NCBI GenBank assembly: GCA_963555825.3
Contig: CAUVXB020000001.1
Coordinates: 1,120,001 to 1,184,000, forward strand
Source: Alphaproteobacteria bacterium
GTDB lineage: Bacteria; Pseudomonadota; Alphaproteobacteria; JAAXGF01
Direction: 5' to 3'
Length of the DNA: 64,000 nt
Shown here: positions 21,027-31,948 of the stretch, in pieces
How positions within the stretch are numbered: the first letter of the stretch is position 1
Layout: each line of letters starts with the position of its first letter
Translations under genes and position numbers: made by a program
Notes under the pieces: generated by a model
Told to the model about the DNA's origin: nothing
Database searches by the model: none
Seen by the model: the letters and a program-made list of their open reading frames with translations, nothing else

Positions 21027-22668
21027 CCGACATTCCCCATATACCATCCAAATTCGTGGAAATCGTACCACTTTCCCACCGCCAAGGGAACTGTATCCCC
21101 TATGCAGCCATCCGATGGCATGATTTTGGTAATCGGCCCGCGCTTGGAAGGCCACTCGGTCATTTTTCTCGCCATCCAGACACACCTCTCCTGTCGCTTT
21201 CTCCTCGCCGTCGATTCCCTCGGCCTACGCCGGAGCGGGTCTTCGTCGCAGATCATCAATCAAGCTCAGGATTTTCCGGAACAGGTCCCTCGGCACCGCC
21301 ACCTCAGCCAATTGGAACGTAACGTAGCGGCCATGTCGGACAACCTTGGCCCCGATCTTCACCAGCTTGTCGCGCAACGTCGTCATCGACCAGTGCTCCA
21401 CCTCCTTCGGCAAAGCCAGTGTCCTCATGAAGTTGCCCAGATTGTAGGCCAGGGCGTGAAGCTGGAGCCGAACGGCATTGTTGCGGAACTTGCGACATGA
21501 CAGACGGGTCCAGTTGATGGCGTTCTTGCCTTCCTTGATGTGCTGCTCCGCCGTGCCACGGTGATTATAGAACGCCACCACCCGCTTGGTAGGGCGCGAC
21601 AGATTAGTGACGATGAAACCGACGCGAGGAACCAGCTCGCCGGGGTGCCACTCCACTTTGGCCACGACACGGCGCTTCTTGTTCCACGATCCGGCCTGAT
21701 AGCTGAAGCTGGCGTGGAAACGGCGAACATGGTCGGGCGGGCGACCGACAGGTCGCGTAAGCAGATGGGCAATGTTCCGCTGGAGAATCGCGTTCGCTTT
21801 GAGGCGGATGACGTAGAGTAATCCCTCGGCTTCGAGATATTCGTATATCTCCGGTGAGGCGAAGGCGGCATCGCCACGAAAATACAGCCGCACCTTCCTT
21901 TCCTTATAGCGCATCACCACCGGCTCCAGAACATTCCGCCATCCGTCGGCACTGTGAACATTACCGGGGCGCAGGGAACATCTCTCCAAGTCGCCGAACT
22001 GGTTGAACAGGAATAGCGGATGCTAGCAGGTACAGCCGAAGTGACCATTGTACGCTGTTCCCTCTTGTTCGCCATGGGTCGGGCTGACGCTGCTGTCCAT
22101 GTCGAGAATGATCATCTTCGGCGGATGGCGGTCATGAACCTTGTCGATCCACACCCCGTTCATGTCGACCAAGGCTTCAACGTTCTCGTCGGTGGCCAAT
22201 AGCTCCGTCTCGAAGCGTCCCATCTGGCTGGTGGAAGCGGCCTGTCTTTCGATGGCCTTGCCGCCAACAATCCAGCGCATGGCGGGATCGCGTCCCAGAC
22301 GGTCGGCGTCGTTCACATCGTCATAGCCGCCAAGGCGCCCGAAAACGGACTGGCGAAACTGACCCGTCATGCCGTGCCATCCGTTCTTGCCGGTACGGCT
22401 ATCCTGGAAAACACCCTCGGCCATCTCAGTCAGGCCGAGGGCATCGTCAAGCTCCCGGTAGGCGAGCAACCCGGCATCAGAGGTGATCTTGGAACCGTGG
22501 AATTCAAGCTTCAATCGACGGTCAAAAACGACCCGAAGGCACCCCGGTTTCGATTCACCCATCGGGTGTGCCATATCCGCCGCTCCATGTATGCTACAAC
22601 TTCATGATTCTTATAGCAGAATCGCCTTCTCGCCGCACTGAATATCGACGATACTTGGGAAATGCGGG
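21027..22668 (-). mobile_element. IS1380 family insertion sequence
   Basis: Ends CCGACATTCCCCA / TGGGAAATGCGGG; flanks CTTAA and CTTAT (imperfect 5-bp duplication); 1642 bp. Confidence 0.8.
21225..22574 (-). pseudogene. IS1380 transposase with in-frame TAG at 22023-22025
   Basis: TSDAGLLAYRELD, LDMDSS, CTC*HPLFLFNQFGDLERC, YNHRGTAEQHIKEGK; both ORF halves are in the same frame. Confidence 0.9.
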
Positions 22669-23082
22669 CTTATTTAGTCTCCTATTTTTCACAATGACCT
22701 CACTAAGCCTAAGTGTCTGCTTCTTTCTTGGGCTCGATAACGTTGTGCAACTAGCCCTAATAGGCGCGTGGCTTAAACTTTACCACCATGTTACTTTATC
22801 GCTGCTTGCCGAAAACATGGAAACAGTTACCAATAAGACGCCTCACAAAGATGGAAAAAGTCGGACGGATCATTAGTGCCGTGACCTGACATATTGCCGT
22901 CCGCGTCAGGGGGCGTGCCGACACTAACGGTCAACACGCCCTTGCCCGCCTTGAAGGTGTCTGACCCCATTATATTTTCATTGGATCTGCCATTGGATTC
23001 GGCTCGGAGAATGCGGTCGTTGGGGTCCGATTTCCGATAGTGGATTGGTCGGGGGAGCCCCGTTGGCGGCGCCAGGCGCGGT

Positions 23083-24069
23083 TCAGTCCGTGCCCTGGCC
23101 AGCGCCGAGACCGAGTGTCTTGTCGGCGCCGTGGGCTTGGCGGTAGCGCAGCTCGGCATAGTCGCCGTATGCGATCGGCGCGTGCTTGGGCGGATCGTCG
23201 GGCCCGTGGAACGGCGCAAGGCACTCGATCACCGCGTCCCGATTCAGGTTATGGAAGAAGGCGATCGACTGGCGCCGGCACGAGCCCCGCGCGTCGGGCG
23301 GCGGGTTGACGACGCGGTGCAGCGTCGACACCCAGCGGTCGTTGGTCCAGCGCATCATCGCATCACCGATGTTGACGACGAAGCCGTCCGCGACCGCGGG
23401 CACGCCAAGCCACGCGCCCGCGCGGTTCAGCACCTGTAGGCCGCCGGGCTTGTCCTCGCTGCGCAGAATCGTCAAGACGCCGTAATCGGTGTGTGCGCCG
23501 GCGCGCAACTGGCCGGGCAACGGCGCGATGCCGGTATCGGGATAGTCGAGCACGCGGAGCGTCGACATGTGGTCGTCGAACTTGTCGTCGAGGTAGTCGG
23601 CCGGCAAGCCGACCGCCGCCATGAAGATGCCGCGGATATCGCCGGCCAGCCCGCTCAGCGCCCGATAATAGTCGTGCCACGCCGCCTCGAGCCCGGCCGG
23701 TTCGCCAGGCCAGGCGTCGCCCCAGAAATGCGGCCCGTAGTCGAGCGATTCCTTGAGGTCGCCGGGCGTCGCCTCGCCCCGGGTGCCGGCCAGGTGCTCG
23801 GCTTCGAAGCCGAAGTGCATGAGGCCGCCGCGCAGCGTACCGGTCTCCGCCACCCGTGCCTTCTGCTCGGGCGGCAGGTCGAAGAACGCGCGCGAGGTGT
23901 CGTACATGCGCGCGATCAGCGCGTCGGGCACGCCATGGCCGGTGACGACGAAGAAGCCGATTTCCTCGCAGGCGGCCCTAACGGCATCGACGACGCCCTC
24001 GGACGACGCCGGATCGCCGGCCGTGAAGCCCGACATATCGATGATCGGGATGAATACCTGTTCGGTCAT
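23083..24069 (-). CDS. Isopenicillin N synthase-family 2OG-Fe(II) oxygenase
   Basis: GFFVVTGHGVP, AHTDYG, LHRV, RQSIAFF. Confidence 0.88.
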   Translation of the reverse strand: MTEQVFIPIIDMSGFTAGDPASSEGVVDAVRAACEEIGFFVVTGHGVPDALIARMYDTSRAFFDLPPEQKARVAETGTLRGGLMHFGFEAEHLAGTRGEATPGDLKESLDYGPHFWGDAWPGEPAGLEAAWHDYYRALSGLAGDIRGIFMAAVGLPADYLDDKFDDHMSTLRVLDYPDTGIAPLPGQLRAGAHTDYGVLTILRSEDKPGGLQVLNRAGAWLGVPAVADGFVVNIGDAMMRWTNDRWVSTLHRVVNPPPDARGSCRRQSIAFFHNLNRDAVIECLAPFHGPDDPPKHAPIAYGDYAELRYRQAHGADKTLGLGAGQGTD

Positions 24070-24311
24070 GATATCCGATGGTCCCGCCGGCGTGCAAAAT
24101 GCCAGCCATTGCGCGGCGCCACACACGAAGCTATGTGGCGCGCCGGTATGATCCGACACCGTCCCAATTATCAGATATCGGCGTGAGATCAACCCGCAAA
24201 TAATTGACAAACAGGAATTTTTAGCCAATGATTATTGTCTGGTATAAGCCAGGCAAGGCCAATCGACCCGGCAAAATAAAAACGTTTTTGCGCATAGTGG
24301 GGACCCTCGAC

Positions 24312-24563
24312 ATGCCTTCTGACACGATTCCATTTCCCAAAGAAATCAAACCGACAACGCGTGACATTGGACTGAGCGACGCCCAGATCGCGGAAAAGAT
24401 CCAGCTCGCGGTCGCACAGATTCAGGATACCATGGACGCGGCCCTGATGGCCGGGCTGATTGTCGAGCCGAGCTTCAATCAGGTCGAGAATCGTCAGACA
24501 CCCTGGGGCGTGCGTATCGATTCCTTCGTCTGCCACGTCCGCACCTACCGCAGACTCACCTAA
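24312..24563 (+). CDS. Small hypothetical protein
   Basis: ATG ORF with GGGG(A) RBS and coding-like composition. Confidence 0.55.
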   Translation: MPSDTIPFPKEIKPTTRDIGLSDAQIAEKIQLAVAQIQDTMDAALMAGLIVEPSFNQVENRQTPWGVRIDSFVCHVRTYRRLT

Positions 24564-24570
24564 CATTCGG

Positions 24571-24807
24571 TTAGCCACCCTTGATCGGCGGGAAGACGAT
24601 CAGCGCATCGCCTTGTGCGAGCCTGCGTCCTGCACGCTCGGCGACCCTCACGATCTCACCATTGACCAGCGTGACATAGGACTCGGCGGCCGGCAGGTCG
24701 AGCGCGGTCAAGGCGTCGGCCGTCGTCGCGCCGGGCGCCAGCTCGAGCATGGCCCCGACGTCGCCGAAGGCCGACACTGGCACGACGGCGATCAGGATGA
24801 CAATCAT
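24571..24807 (-). pseudogene. MoaD/ThiS-like sulfur carrier, N-terminus apparently replaced
   Basis: LVNG...LAQGDALIVFPPIKGG C-terminal diglycine; N-terminus looks like an unrelated hydrophobic segment. Confidence 0.65.
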
Positions 24808-24850
24808 GAAGACCCAGCGAATGGCCGAGGTTAACTCGATAACGCGGTGC

Positions 24851-25312
24851 CTACAGCGACACGATATTGAACCGACTGACGGCGCTCGTCATCCAGCTTC
24901 CCTCGTACTGATTGCCGCGCTGACGCGACAGCATGAAGCGATAACCCAGATACTGGCCATCCTTCGATTGGAGGATAACGTCCACCTGGGCGAAGTCGCC
25001 CTCGACATTGACGTTTTGGTACTCGGCGCTGCGATGATCGACCATCGGTCCGTATACCGGGTTACGCACCATCGCCTTGAACCGCTCAAGCGGGCCGGTC
25101 ATGCGCTTGTTCGTCGGCGAGGCGAAGTTGAACGTCACCTCGATGCCCCTGTCTTCATAGGGGGTGTCGTTATGTTGCAGCGCCTCGATCTGAATGCTCA
25201 CCACGTCCTGAGGCGACAGTGATGGGTCCGGCTCCGTCTGTGGGAGGTGGGTGGCCTCTGCCTGCGCGGCGAGCACGACGAGCAACGCGGTGATCCCCAG
25301 GAGTTGTTTCAT
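24851..25312 (-). CDS. Secreted DUF4864-like protein
   Basis: Signal peptide; VVSIQIEALQ..FNFASP..F..MV..PVY.PM. Confidence 0.65.
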   Translation of the reverse strand: MKQLLGITALLVVLAAQAEATHLPQTEPDPSLSPQDVVSIQIEALQHNDTPYEDRGIEVTFNFASPTNKRMTGPLERFKAMVRNPVYGPMVDHRSAEYQNVNVEGDFAQVDVILQSKDGQYLGYRFMLSRQRGNQYEGSWMTSAVSRFNIVSL

Positions 25313-25421
25313 GGTGCTGACCCCAAGCCCGATTTGCACGTTAGCCCCACGCGCTCATTCGGCGAATGCTGCGTCACCACCGCCTACAGTCGGCCAATTC
25401 GGTCGAGCCTGCCCCCCGCAT

Positions 25422-25571
25422 CTATCTGTTTTTGTCCGCCGCCACTAATGCATCGAGGTACTGAAAGTAGAGCTGCACGCCCTTTTCGGGCGTAATTTTC
25501 TGCCTTGGTAGGGCGGCCAAGGCGCATGCCGCCATAGCCGCGGCCGCATTTTGAAGATGTTGATCGGCCAT
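25422..25571 (-). CDS. 49-aa hypothetical protein
   Basis: Strong GAGGGAGG RBS before ATG. Confidence 0.45.
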   Translation of the reverse strand: MADQHLQNAAAAMAACALAALPRQKITPEKGVQLYFQYLDALVAADKNR

Positions 25572-25645
25572 CGTTGCCTCCCTCGGTTGCTGACGCGCCG
25601 ATGGTAGGGGCGCGGTGGGCGCGAGTCGATGCTCGGCGCGGGTGA

Positions 25646-25837
25646 TCAAGCGAAGATCAGCTTGTTGGCGGGGTCGAGCGGATCGACGCGCGCGTCGACT
25701 TCGGCGGCGAGGTACTTGATCGCCAAGCCGTGCTGGCCCAGGTAGCGCTCGGCCCAGTTGCGGTTCAGCGGCTCGCTGGCGGAGCTACCCGCGCCCAGAT
25801 CGACGCGCAGGATATTACCGGCCCAACCCGTACTCAC
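25646..25837 (-). pseudogene. Aldehyde:ferredoxin oxidoreductase (AOR) N-terminal fragment
   Basis: GWAGNILRVDL...YLGQHGLAIKYL...VDPLDPANKLIFA then stop, where AORs continue with TGPLTG. Confidence 0.8.
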
Positions 25838-25950
25838 ACTCCCTCTATAATTTTTGAAAAATCCGCGCACTCCCGACACATCCAGGAGTTCCTGGTTATC
25901 CAACTCCTGCCCGCCGAACCTTAATTCGTTAAGTGATTCAGTGGGTTAAA

Positions 25951-26027
25951 TGGCGCGCCCTGCAGGATTCGAACCTGCGACCTGCGGCTTAGAAGGCCGC
26001 TGCTCTATCCAACTGAGCTAAGGGCGC
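25951..26027 (-). tRNA. tRNA-Arg (TCT)
   Basis: GCGCCCTTAGCTCAGTTGGATAGAGC...CTTCTAA...GGTTCGAATCC...GCGCCA cloverleaf. Confidence 0.96.
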
Positions 26028-26081
26028 ATCGATGGCCGGCGTGGCGCCATGATAGCATAGCGGCCCGCTACGGGCGCCCGC

Positions 26082-26399
26082 CTATTGAACGCGGTCGTAT
26101 CTGAAATTGTCGGAATACGACTTGGGCCGGATGACGCGTTCCTTGGGTTCGGCGACGCGATAGCCCAGACCGTTGCGCTCGGCGAAGGCGACCGCGTCGT
26201 CGCGCGTCGCGAAGCGCATGCATACCTGGCCGCGCGTGTCGGGCGAACTGGTCCAACCCATCAGCGGCTCGGTCGCGCGCGGCGAGGCCGGCTCGAACTC
26301 CAGAACCCAGTGCTTGGTGTCCGCGATGCCCGATTGCATGGCCGTCTTGGCCGGGCGGTAGATGCGTACGTCGATCAACTTGGGCCTCCGCTCGTTCAC
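26082..26399 (-). CDS. Complex I accessory subunit (NDUFS4-like)
   Basis: RIYRPAKTAMQSG, PLMGWTSSPD, KSYSDNF. Confidence 0.9.
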   Translation of the reverse strand: MNERRPKLIDVRIYRPAKTAMQSGIADTKHWVLEFEPASPRATEPLMGWTSSPDTRGQVCMRFATRDDAVAFAERNGLGYRVAEPKERVIRPKSYSDNFRYDRVQ

Positions 26400-26502
26400 C
26401 CCGATCTATAGCCGCCCGACGACGCCCGGACAAGCCCCGCAATTCACCGCCGCGAGGCTGCCAGGTCGAAAGTAGGGTTCAGCCGTGAGGCGATGATGAA
26501 TC

Positions 26503-26579
26503 TGGTCGGGGCGGCCGGATTCGAACCAGCGACCCTCTGCTCCCAAAGCAGATGCGCTACCAGGCTGCGCCACGCCCCG
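26503..26579 (-). tRNA. tRNA-Pro (TGG)
   Basis: CGGGGCGTGGCGCAGCCTGGTAGCGC...TTTGGGA...GGTTCGAATCC...GACCA. Confidence 0.96.
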
Positions 26580-26763
26580 ATGCGCGGAAACTAAGGGCTT
26601 TCCGGCCGGCTGACAAGGCCGGTGAAGCGCGAGCCCCGGCCGGCGATCGCCGAGGACAGCACGCTGGCGCCCGACCGACTATCGGCTCGCGATCCCGCTG
26701 CCGACCCGATACGTCAATGCCGACAACATGGGCCAATCCTGGCCATCATACCGGAGGCTGGGC

Positions 26764-27219
26764 TCAGGTCCCGGCCGTGTCCGGCGGTTGCAGCGCGACG
26801 GCTTCGAGATTCGCTTCGCTGGTCGTGCGCGGCAAGTCGTCGTCGATGTTGAACCAGGGGATCCGGCTCTCGACGCCGCAGTGCCAGCGGGGCGTCACGC
26901 GCGCAGGCTCGTCGAGGCTCGGGATGCGGACGAACACCGAGCCCTGCCAGCCGACCGCGAAGGGACGGTAATACAGCGCCGAACCGCAGTCGGCGCAAAA
27001 GCCGCGCTCGCCGTGTTCCAGCGCGGCGTAGAATCGCGGCGCGCCCTGGAGCAAGCGGAATGCATCACTCGGGAATCGCGCGGTAGCGTTGACCGGCGCG
27101 CCGGCGGCGCGCTGGCAGATACGGCAGTGGCAGTAATAGGCATCAGTTGGCGGCGCGGTGATCTCGTAACGGATCGCGCCGCACTGGCAACCGCCAGTGA
27201 ACGCCTGCTCGGCCGCCAT
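26764..27219 (-). CDS. GFA family protein
   Basis: GGCQCGAIRY, CHCRICQR, FCADCGS. Confidence 0.9.
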   Translation of the reverse strand: MAAEQAFTGGCQCGAIRYEITAPPTDAYYCHCRICQRAAGAPVNATARFPSDAFRLLQGAPRFYAALEHGERGFCADCGSALYYRPFAVGWQGSVFVRIPSLDEPARVTPRWHCGVESRIPWFNIDDDLPRTTSEANLEAVALQPPDTAGT

Positions 27220-27222
27220 GGT

Positions 27223-27903
27223 TCACCCCGCCCTTTCGATGACCTCGACGCCGTCGTCGCGGCCGATCACCGCGGCGTCGGCCATGCCGACGAACAGGCC
27301 GTGCTCGACGACGCCGACGATGCCGGTCAGCGCGCGCGCCAGGGCGGGCGCATCGTCGATCGCGCCATAGGCGCAGTCGAGCAGATGGTGGCCCTCGTCG
27401 GTCACCATGGCATCGCCGCCCGCCACCCGACGCAACACCGGCTTGGCGCCCTCGGCCTCGAGCCGGGCGGTGACGACCGCCAAGGCAAACGGCGTCACTT
27501 CGACCGGCAGGGCAAAGCCGCCGAGGCGCTTCACCAGCTTGGTCTCGTCGGCGATGATGACGTAGCGGTCGCTCACCGAGGCGACGATCTTCTCGCGCAG
27601 CAGCGCGCCGCCGCCGCCCTTGATCAGATCGAGGTTCGGGCCGATCTCGTCGGCGCCGTCGATCGTGAGGTCGAGGCGCGTCACCCGGTCGAAGCCGACC
27701 AAGGGTATGCCGCACTCGGCCGCCAGCGCCTCGGTCGCCCGCGATGTCGGCACGCCTTGGACACGCAGGCCGCCCCTCACCCGCTCGCCCAGCAGGCGCA
27801 CCAGATGCGCCGCGGTCGAGCCGGTGCCGAGGCCGAGCACCATGCCGTCCTCGACATAGTCCAGGCTGCGTTCCGCGGCGCGCCGCTTGCCAACGTCGGC
27901 CAT
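27223..27903 (-). CDS. rpiA: Ribose-5-phosphate isomerase A
   Basis: [31 protein letters not shown]. Confidence 0.96.
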   Translation of the reverse strand: MADVGKRRAAERSLDYVEDGMVLGLGTGSTAAHLVRLLGERVRGGLRVQGVPTSRATEALAAECGIPLVGFDRVTRLDLTIDGADEIGPNLDLIKGGGGALLREKIVASVSDRYVIIADETKLVKRLGGFALPVEVTPFALAVVTARLEAEGAKPVLRRVAGGDAMVTDEGHHLLDCAYGAIDDAPALARALTGIVGVVEHGLFVGMADAAVIGRDDGVEVIERAG

Positions 27904-28030
27904 GACGATTCCCCTCCGGCGCGCAGCCTCGCACGGCGGCCCGCCGCCGACAATAGCGCGCGACTTGAGATTCGCGGCGATTCGCCGCACATTGCGCCAT
28001 CGGACACCGTCAATCCAAACGAAGCGCTCC

Positions 28031-29392
28031 ATGACACAGCACACCACGCCCGTTCATGTCGTCGGCGGCGGCCTCGCCGGCGCCGAGGCCGCCTGGCAGC
28101 TCGCCCGCGCGGGCGCACCCGTGGTGCTGCACGAGATGCGGCCAGAGCGGGGGACGGAAGCGCATGTCACCGACCAGCTCGCCGAGTTGGTCTGCTCGAA
28201 CTCGTTTCGCTCGGACGACGCCGAACGCAACGCGGTCGGGCTGCTGCACGAAGAGATGCGCCGCTGCGGTTCGCTGATCATGGCGGCGGGCGACACGCAT
28301 CAGGTGCCGGCCGGTGGCGCGTTGGCGGTCGACCGTGAAGGCTTCGCCGCCGCCGTCGAGAGCGCGCTCGAGGCCGAGCCGCTGGTCGAAATTCGCCGCG
28401 CGGAGGTCACCGGTCTGCCGCCTGAAGACTGGGGGCTCTCGATCATCGCCACCGGCCCCCTCACCTCGCCCGCGCTGGCCCAAGCGATCGGCGCGGCGAC
28501 CGGCGAGGACAGCCTCGCCTTCTTCGATGCCATCGCGCCGATCGTCCACAAGGACTCGATCGATTTCGACGTCGCCTGGTTCCAATCGCGCTACGACAAG
28601 GAAGGCCCGGCCGGCGACGCCGCGGCCTACGTCAACTGCCCGCTCGACCGCACCCAATACGAAGCGTTCATCGACGCGCTGCTCGCCGGCGACAAGACCG
28701 AATTCAAGGACTGGGAGAAATCGACGCCCTATTTCGAGGGCTGCCTGCCGATCGAGGTGATGGCCGCGCGCGGCCGCGAGACGCTGCGCTTCGGGCCGAT
28801 GAAACCGGTCGGCCTGACCAATCCGCGCCGCCCCGAAGACAAGCCCCACGCCGTCGTCCAGCTGCGCCAGGACAACGCGCTCGGCACGCTCTACAACATC
28901 GTCGGCTTTCAGACCAAGCTGACCTACGGCGCCCAGGCGGATATCTTCCGCGCCATCCCGGGCCTCGGGGACGCGCGATTCGCGCGGCTCGGCGGCATCC
29001 ACCGCAACACCTTCCTGAACAGCCCCAAGCTGCTCGACGCCGAGCTGCGCCTGAAGGCGCGACCCGACATCCGTTTCGCCGGCCAGATCACCGGCGTCGA
29101 GGGCTACGTCGAGAGCGCGGCGATCGGCATCCTCGCCGGGCGCTTCGCCGCGGCCGAGCGTGACGGGCGCCACCAGACGCCGCCACCAACGACGACCGCG
29201 CTGGGCGCGCTCCTGAACCACATTACCCGGGGCGCCGACGCCGCCACCTTCCAACCGATGAACGTCAACTTCGGCCTGTTCCCGCCGCTCGACGGCCGGA
29301 TCGGCAAGAAGCAGCGCAAACCGGCCATGGCTCGCCGCGCGCTGGCTGACCTCGACGCCTGGCTCGGCGGCCAGCGGGCGGCGGCCGAATAA
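28031..29392 (+). CDS. trmFO: tRNA (uracil-5)-methyltransferase TrmFO
   Basis: [38 protein letters not shown]. Confidence 0.95.
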   Translation: MTQHTTPVHVVGGGLAGAEAAWQLARAGAPVVLHEMRPERGTEAHVTDQLAELVCSNSFRSDDAERNAVGLLHEEMRRCGSLIMAAGDTHQVPAGGALAVDREGFAAAVESALEAEPLVEIRRAEVTGLPPEDWGLSIIATGPLTSPALAQAIGAATGEDSLAFFDAIAPIVHKDSIDFDVAWFQSRYDKEGPAGDAAAYVNCPLDRTQYEAFIDALLAGDKTEFKDWEKSTPYFEGCLPIEVMAARGRETLRFGPMKPVGLTNPRRPEDKPHAVVQLRQDNALGTLYNIVGFQTKLTYGAQADIFRAIPGLGDARFARLGGIHRNTFLNSPKLLDAELRLKARPDIRFAGQITGVEGYVESAAIGILAGRFAAAERDGRHQTPPPTTTALGALLNHITRGADAATFQPMNVNFGLFPPLDGRIGKKQRKPAMARRALADLDAWLGGQRAAAE

Positions 29393-29429
29393 ACCGGGGC
29401 CGGTATTCACGACGAAAACACAAGCGACG

Positions 29430-31115
29430 ATGATGAGTGATTATTATGATCTGGGCGATTACCAGCGCCCGATAACCACTGCCTCGCCCGACGCCCATCT
29501 ATGGTTCAACCGCGGCCTAATCTGGTGTTACGCGTTCAACCAGGAAGAAGGCGTGCGATGTTTCCGCCGCGCCGCCGAGTTCGACCCCGACTGCGCCATC
29601 GCCTACTGGGGCGTCGCTTACGCCAAGGGGCCATTCTACAACCTGTTGTGGACCGATTTCACGGCGAGCGAGCTCGAGGACGTCGTCGTCACCTGCCACG
29701 AAGCCGCAGGGCGGGCGCTGGCGCTCAGCGGCCGCGTCTCGCCGGTCGAACAGGCGCTGATCCGGGCGTTGACCCAGCGCTACCAATCAGACCGAGTCGT
29801 CGGCTACGACGTCTTACAGACCTGGATAGACGACTACGCGGTAGCCATGGCCGAAGTTTATGCCGCGTTCCCCGAAGACTTCGACGTCATCGCGCTCTAC
29901 GCCGAGGCCCTGATGACCCGGACGCCCTGGAGGCTGTGGGATGTCGACAAGGGCGTCCCGGCCGAGGGCGCCGACACGCTCGAGGCAATCGCCGTGCTCG
30001 AGCGCGGCATGCGGCTGGTCGAGGAACGCGGCGCCGAGCCGCATGCCGGTATGGTGCACATGTACATCCATGCCATGGAGATGTCGCCGACCCCTGAAAT
30101 TGCGCTGCCCGCGACGGATGCGCTGCGCGATCTGGTGCCCGACGGCGGACACCTGCGTCACATGCCGTCACACATCGACGTGCTGTGCGGCCGCTATGTC
30201 GAGGCGATTACCGCCAACGACAAGGCGATCGCCGCCGACAAGAAGTTTCTCGACCTTGCCGGTCCGCATGATTTCTACATGACGTCGTGCTGCCACGATT
30301 TTCATCTCAAGATGTACGCGGCGATGTTCGCCGGCCGATTCCAATCGGCGCTCGATGCCGCCGACGGTCTCGCCGAAATGCTCACCGAGGACGTGCTGCG
30401 CAACGACCAGCCCTACACGGCGGCCACACTCGAAGGCTATTACTCGATGAAGATGCACGTGCTGGTGCGCTTCGGCAAATGGCGGGAGATCGTCGACACA
30501 CCGCTGCCCACCGACGCCGAGCTCTACTGCGTCACGGTCACCATGCACCACTACGCCAAGGGCGTCGCCAACGCGGCATTGGGCAACATCGAGGCCGCCG
30601 AACGGGAAAAGATCGCCTTCGAGGCGGCCGTCGCGAACATCGCGAACGACCGTTTCTTCTTCAACAACTTCGCCACCGATATCATGGACGTCGCCCGCGC
30701 GATGCTGGATGGCGAGCTGGCCTACCGGAAGGGCGACTACGACGACGCCTTTGCCGATCTGCGTCAGGCGGCGGCACTCAGCGACCGGCTGCATTACACC
30801 GAGCCCTGGGCCTGGATGCATCCGCCCAGGCACGCGCTCGGCGCCCTGCTTCTCGAGCGGGGTCACGTCGAGGAGGCGGAGCGCGTCTATGCCGCCGATC
30901 TCGGGCTGACCGACGAATTGAACCGCTGCTGCCAGCATCCGGGCAACGTCTGGAGCCTGCACGGTTATGTCGAGTGCCTCAGGCGGCAACAGAGGGACGC
31001 CGAGGCCGACGCCATCCAACCCCGGCTCGACGCCGCGTTGGCAACATGTGATGTGCCGATCGGCGCGTCCTGTTGTTGCCGTGGCACGACGCTCGCGGAC
31101 GGCCGCGGCGCATGA
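29430..31115 (+). CDS. TPR-containing protein
   Basis: Helical repeats, HMYIHAME, HLRHMPSHID, HPPRHALGAL. Confidence 0.8.
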   Translation: MMSDYYDLGDYQRPITTASPDAHLWFNRGLIWCYAFNQEEGVRCFRRAAEFDPDCAIAYWGVAYAKGPFYNLLWTDFTASELEDVVVTCHEAAGRALALSGRVSPVEQALIRALTQRYQSDRVVGYDVLQTWIDDYAVAMAEVYAAFPEDFDVIALYAEALMTRTPWRLWDVDKGVPAEGADTLEAIAVLERGMRLVEERGAEPHAGMVHMYIHAMEMSPTPEIALPATDALRDLVPDGGHLRHMPSHIDVLCGRYVEAITANDKAIAADKKFLDLAGPHDFYMTSCCHDFHLKMYAAMFAGRFQSALDAADGLAEMLTEDVLRNDQPYTAATLEGYYSMKMHVLVRFGKWREIVDTPLPTDAELYCVTVTMHHYAKGVANAALGNIEAAEREKIAFEAAVANIANDRFFFNNFATDIMDVARAMLDGELAYRKGDYDDAFADLRQAAALSDRLHYTEPWAWMHPPRHALGALLLERGHVEEAERVYAADLGLTDELNRCCQHPGNVWSLHGYVECLRRQQRDAEADAIQPRLDAALATCDVPIGASCCCRGTTLADGRGA

Positions 31116-31948
31116 GCCGGAGCGGCGACCGGAAATCGATCCGTGTCGGCGCGGCCCAGTTCGATGCGGTCGCGGGCGACATCGCCGCGAACATCGCCGC
31201 GCATGAACGATTGATTGACGACGCCGGCAGCCGCGGCGTCGAAGTGCTGGTCTTTCCCGAACTCTCGCTCACGGGCTACGCCTCGCCGCTCGACGATGCT
31301 GGCTCGGCGCGCCACGTGATTGATCCGGGCGGGCCGGACCTCGGACCAATCGAGGACGCCTGCCGAAGAAACCGGGTCGTCGCCGTCGTCGGCGCCAGCA
31401 TCAACACCACGGCCGGGCTGGGACTCGCCGCCTTCGTCGTCGATCGACGGGGCCGGGTTTGCGCGACCTACGTCAAGCAGCACCTCGACGGCCACGAGAA
31501 GGACTGGTTCGTACCGGGCACGACGAGATGCCTGATCGAGGTCGATGGCTGGCGGCTGGCGCTCGGCATCTGCTACGACGCAAGCTTTCCGGAACACGGC
31601 CGCGGATTGGCGCTCGAAGGTGCCGACGCCTATCTGGTGTCGGGCGCGTTCCCGCTCGGCGATTCTGATCACCGGCGATCGGTCTATTTTCCGGCTCGCG
31701 CCTTGGAAAACACCGTCTACGTCGCCTTCGCGAACTTCGTTGGCGGCCATGACGGGCGGCAATACTGCGGGCGAAGCGCCGTCCATGGCCCAGACGGCCG
31801 CCTGCTCGCCGAGGCCAGCCCCGATCGACCCGGCATGGCGGTGGCCGAGTTCGACCCCGAGCACCTACGGCAGGTCCGCGAATCGCTGCCCATGCTCGCC
31901 GACCGCCGCGCGGACCCCGCGCCAATCCAAACGAGCAGGGCTCAGTAG
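31112..31948 (+). CDS. Carbon-nitrogen hydrolase (nitrilase superfamily)
   Basis: FPELSLTGY, YVKQHL, ICYD, ARALEN. Confidence 0.9.
   Translation: MSRSGDRKSIRVGAAQFDAVAGDIAANIAAHERLIDDAGSRGVEVLVFPELSLTGYASPLDDAGSARHVIDPGGPDLGPIEDACRRNRVVAVVGASINTTAGLGLAAFVVDRRGRVCATYVKQHLDGHEKDWFVPGTTRCLIEVDGWRLALGICYDASFPEHGRGLALEGADAYLVSGAFPLGDSDHRRSVYFPARALENTVYVAFANFVGGHDGRQYCGRSAVHGPDGRLLAEASPDRPGMAVAEFDPEHLRQVRESLPMLADRRADPAPIQTSRAQ

Noticed and set aside
22023-22025. Stop-codon reassignment (TAG/TGA recoding, Pyl or Sec)
   Set aside because: TAG and TGA end many intact genes here; this TAG replaces a Tyr in an IS, and the caspase TGA is not at a Cys-like site
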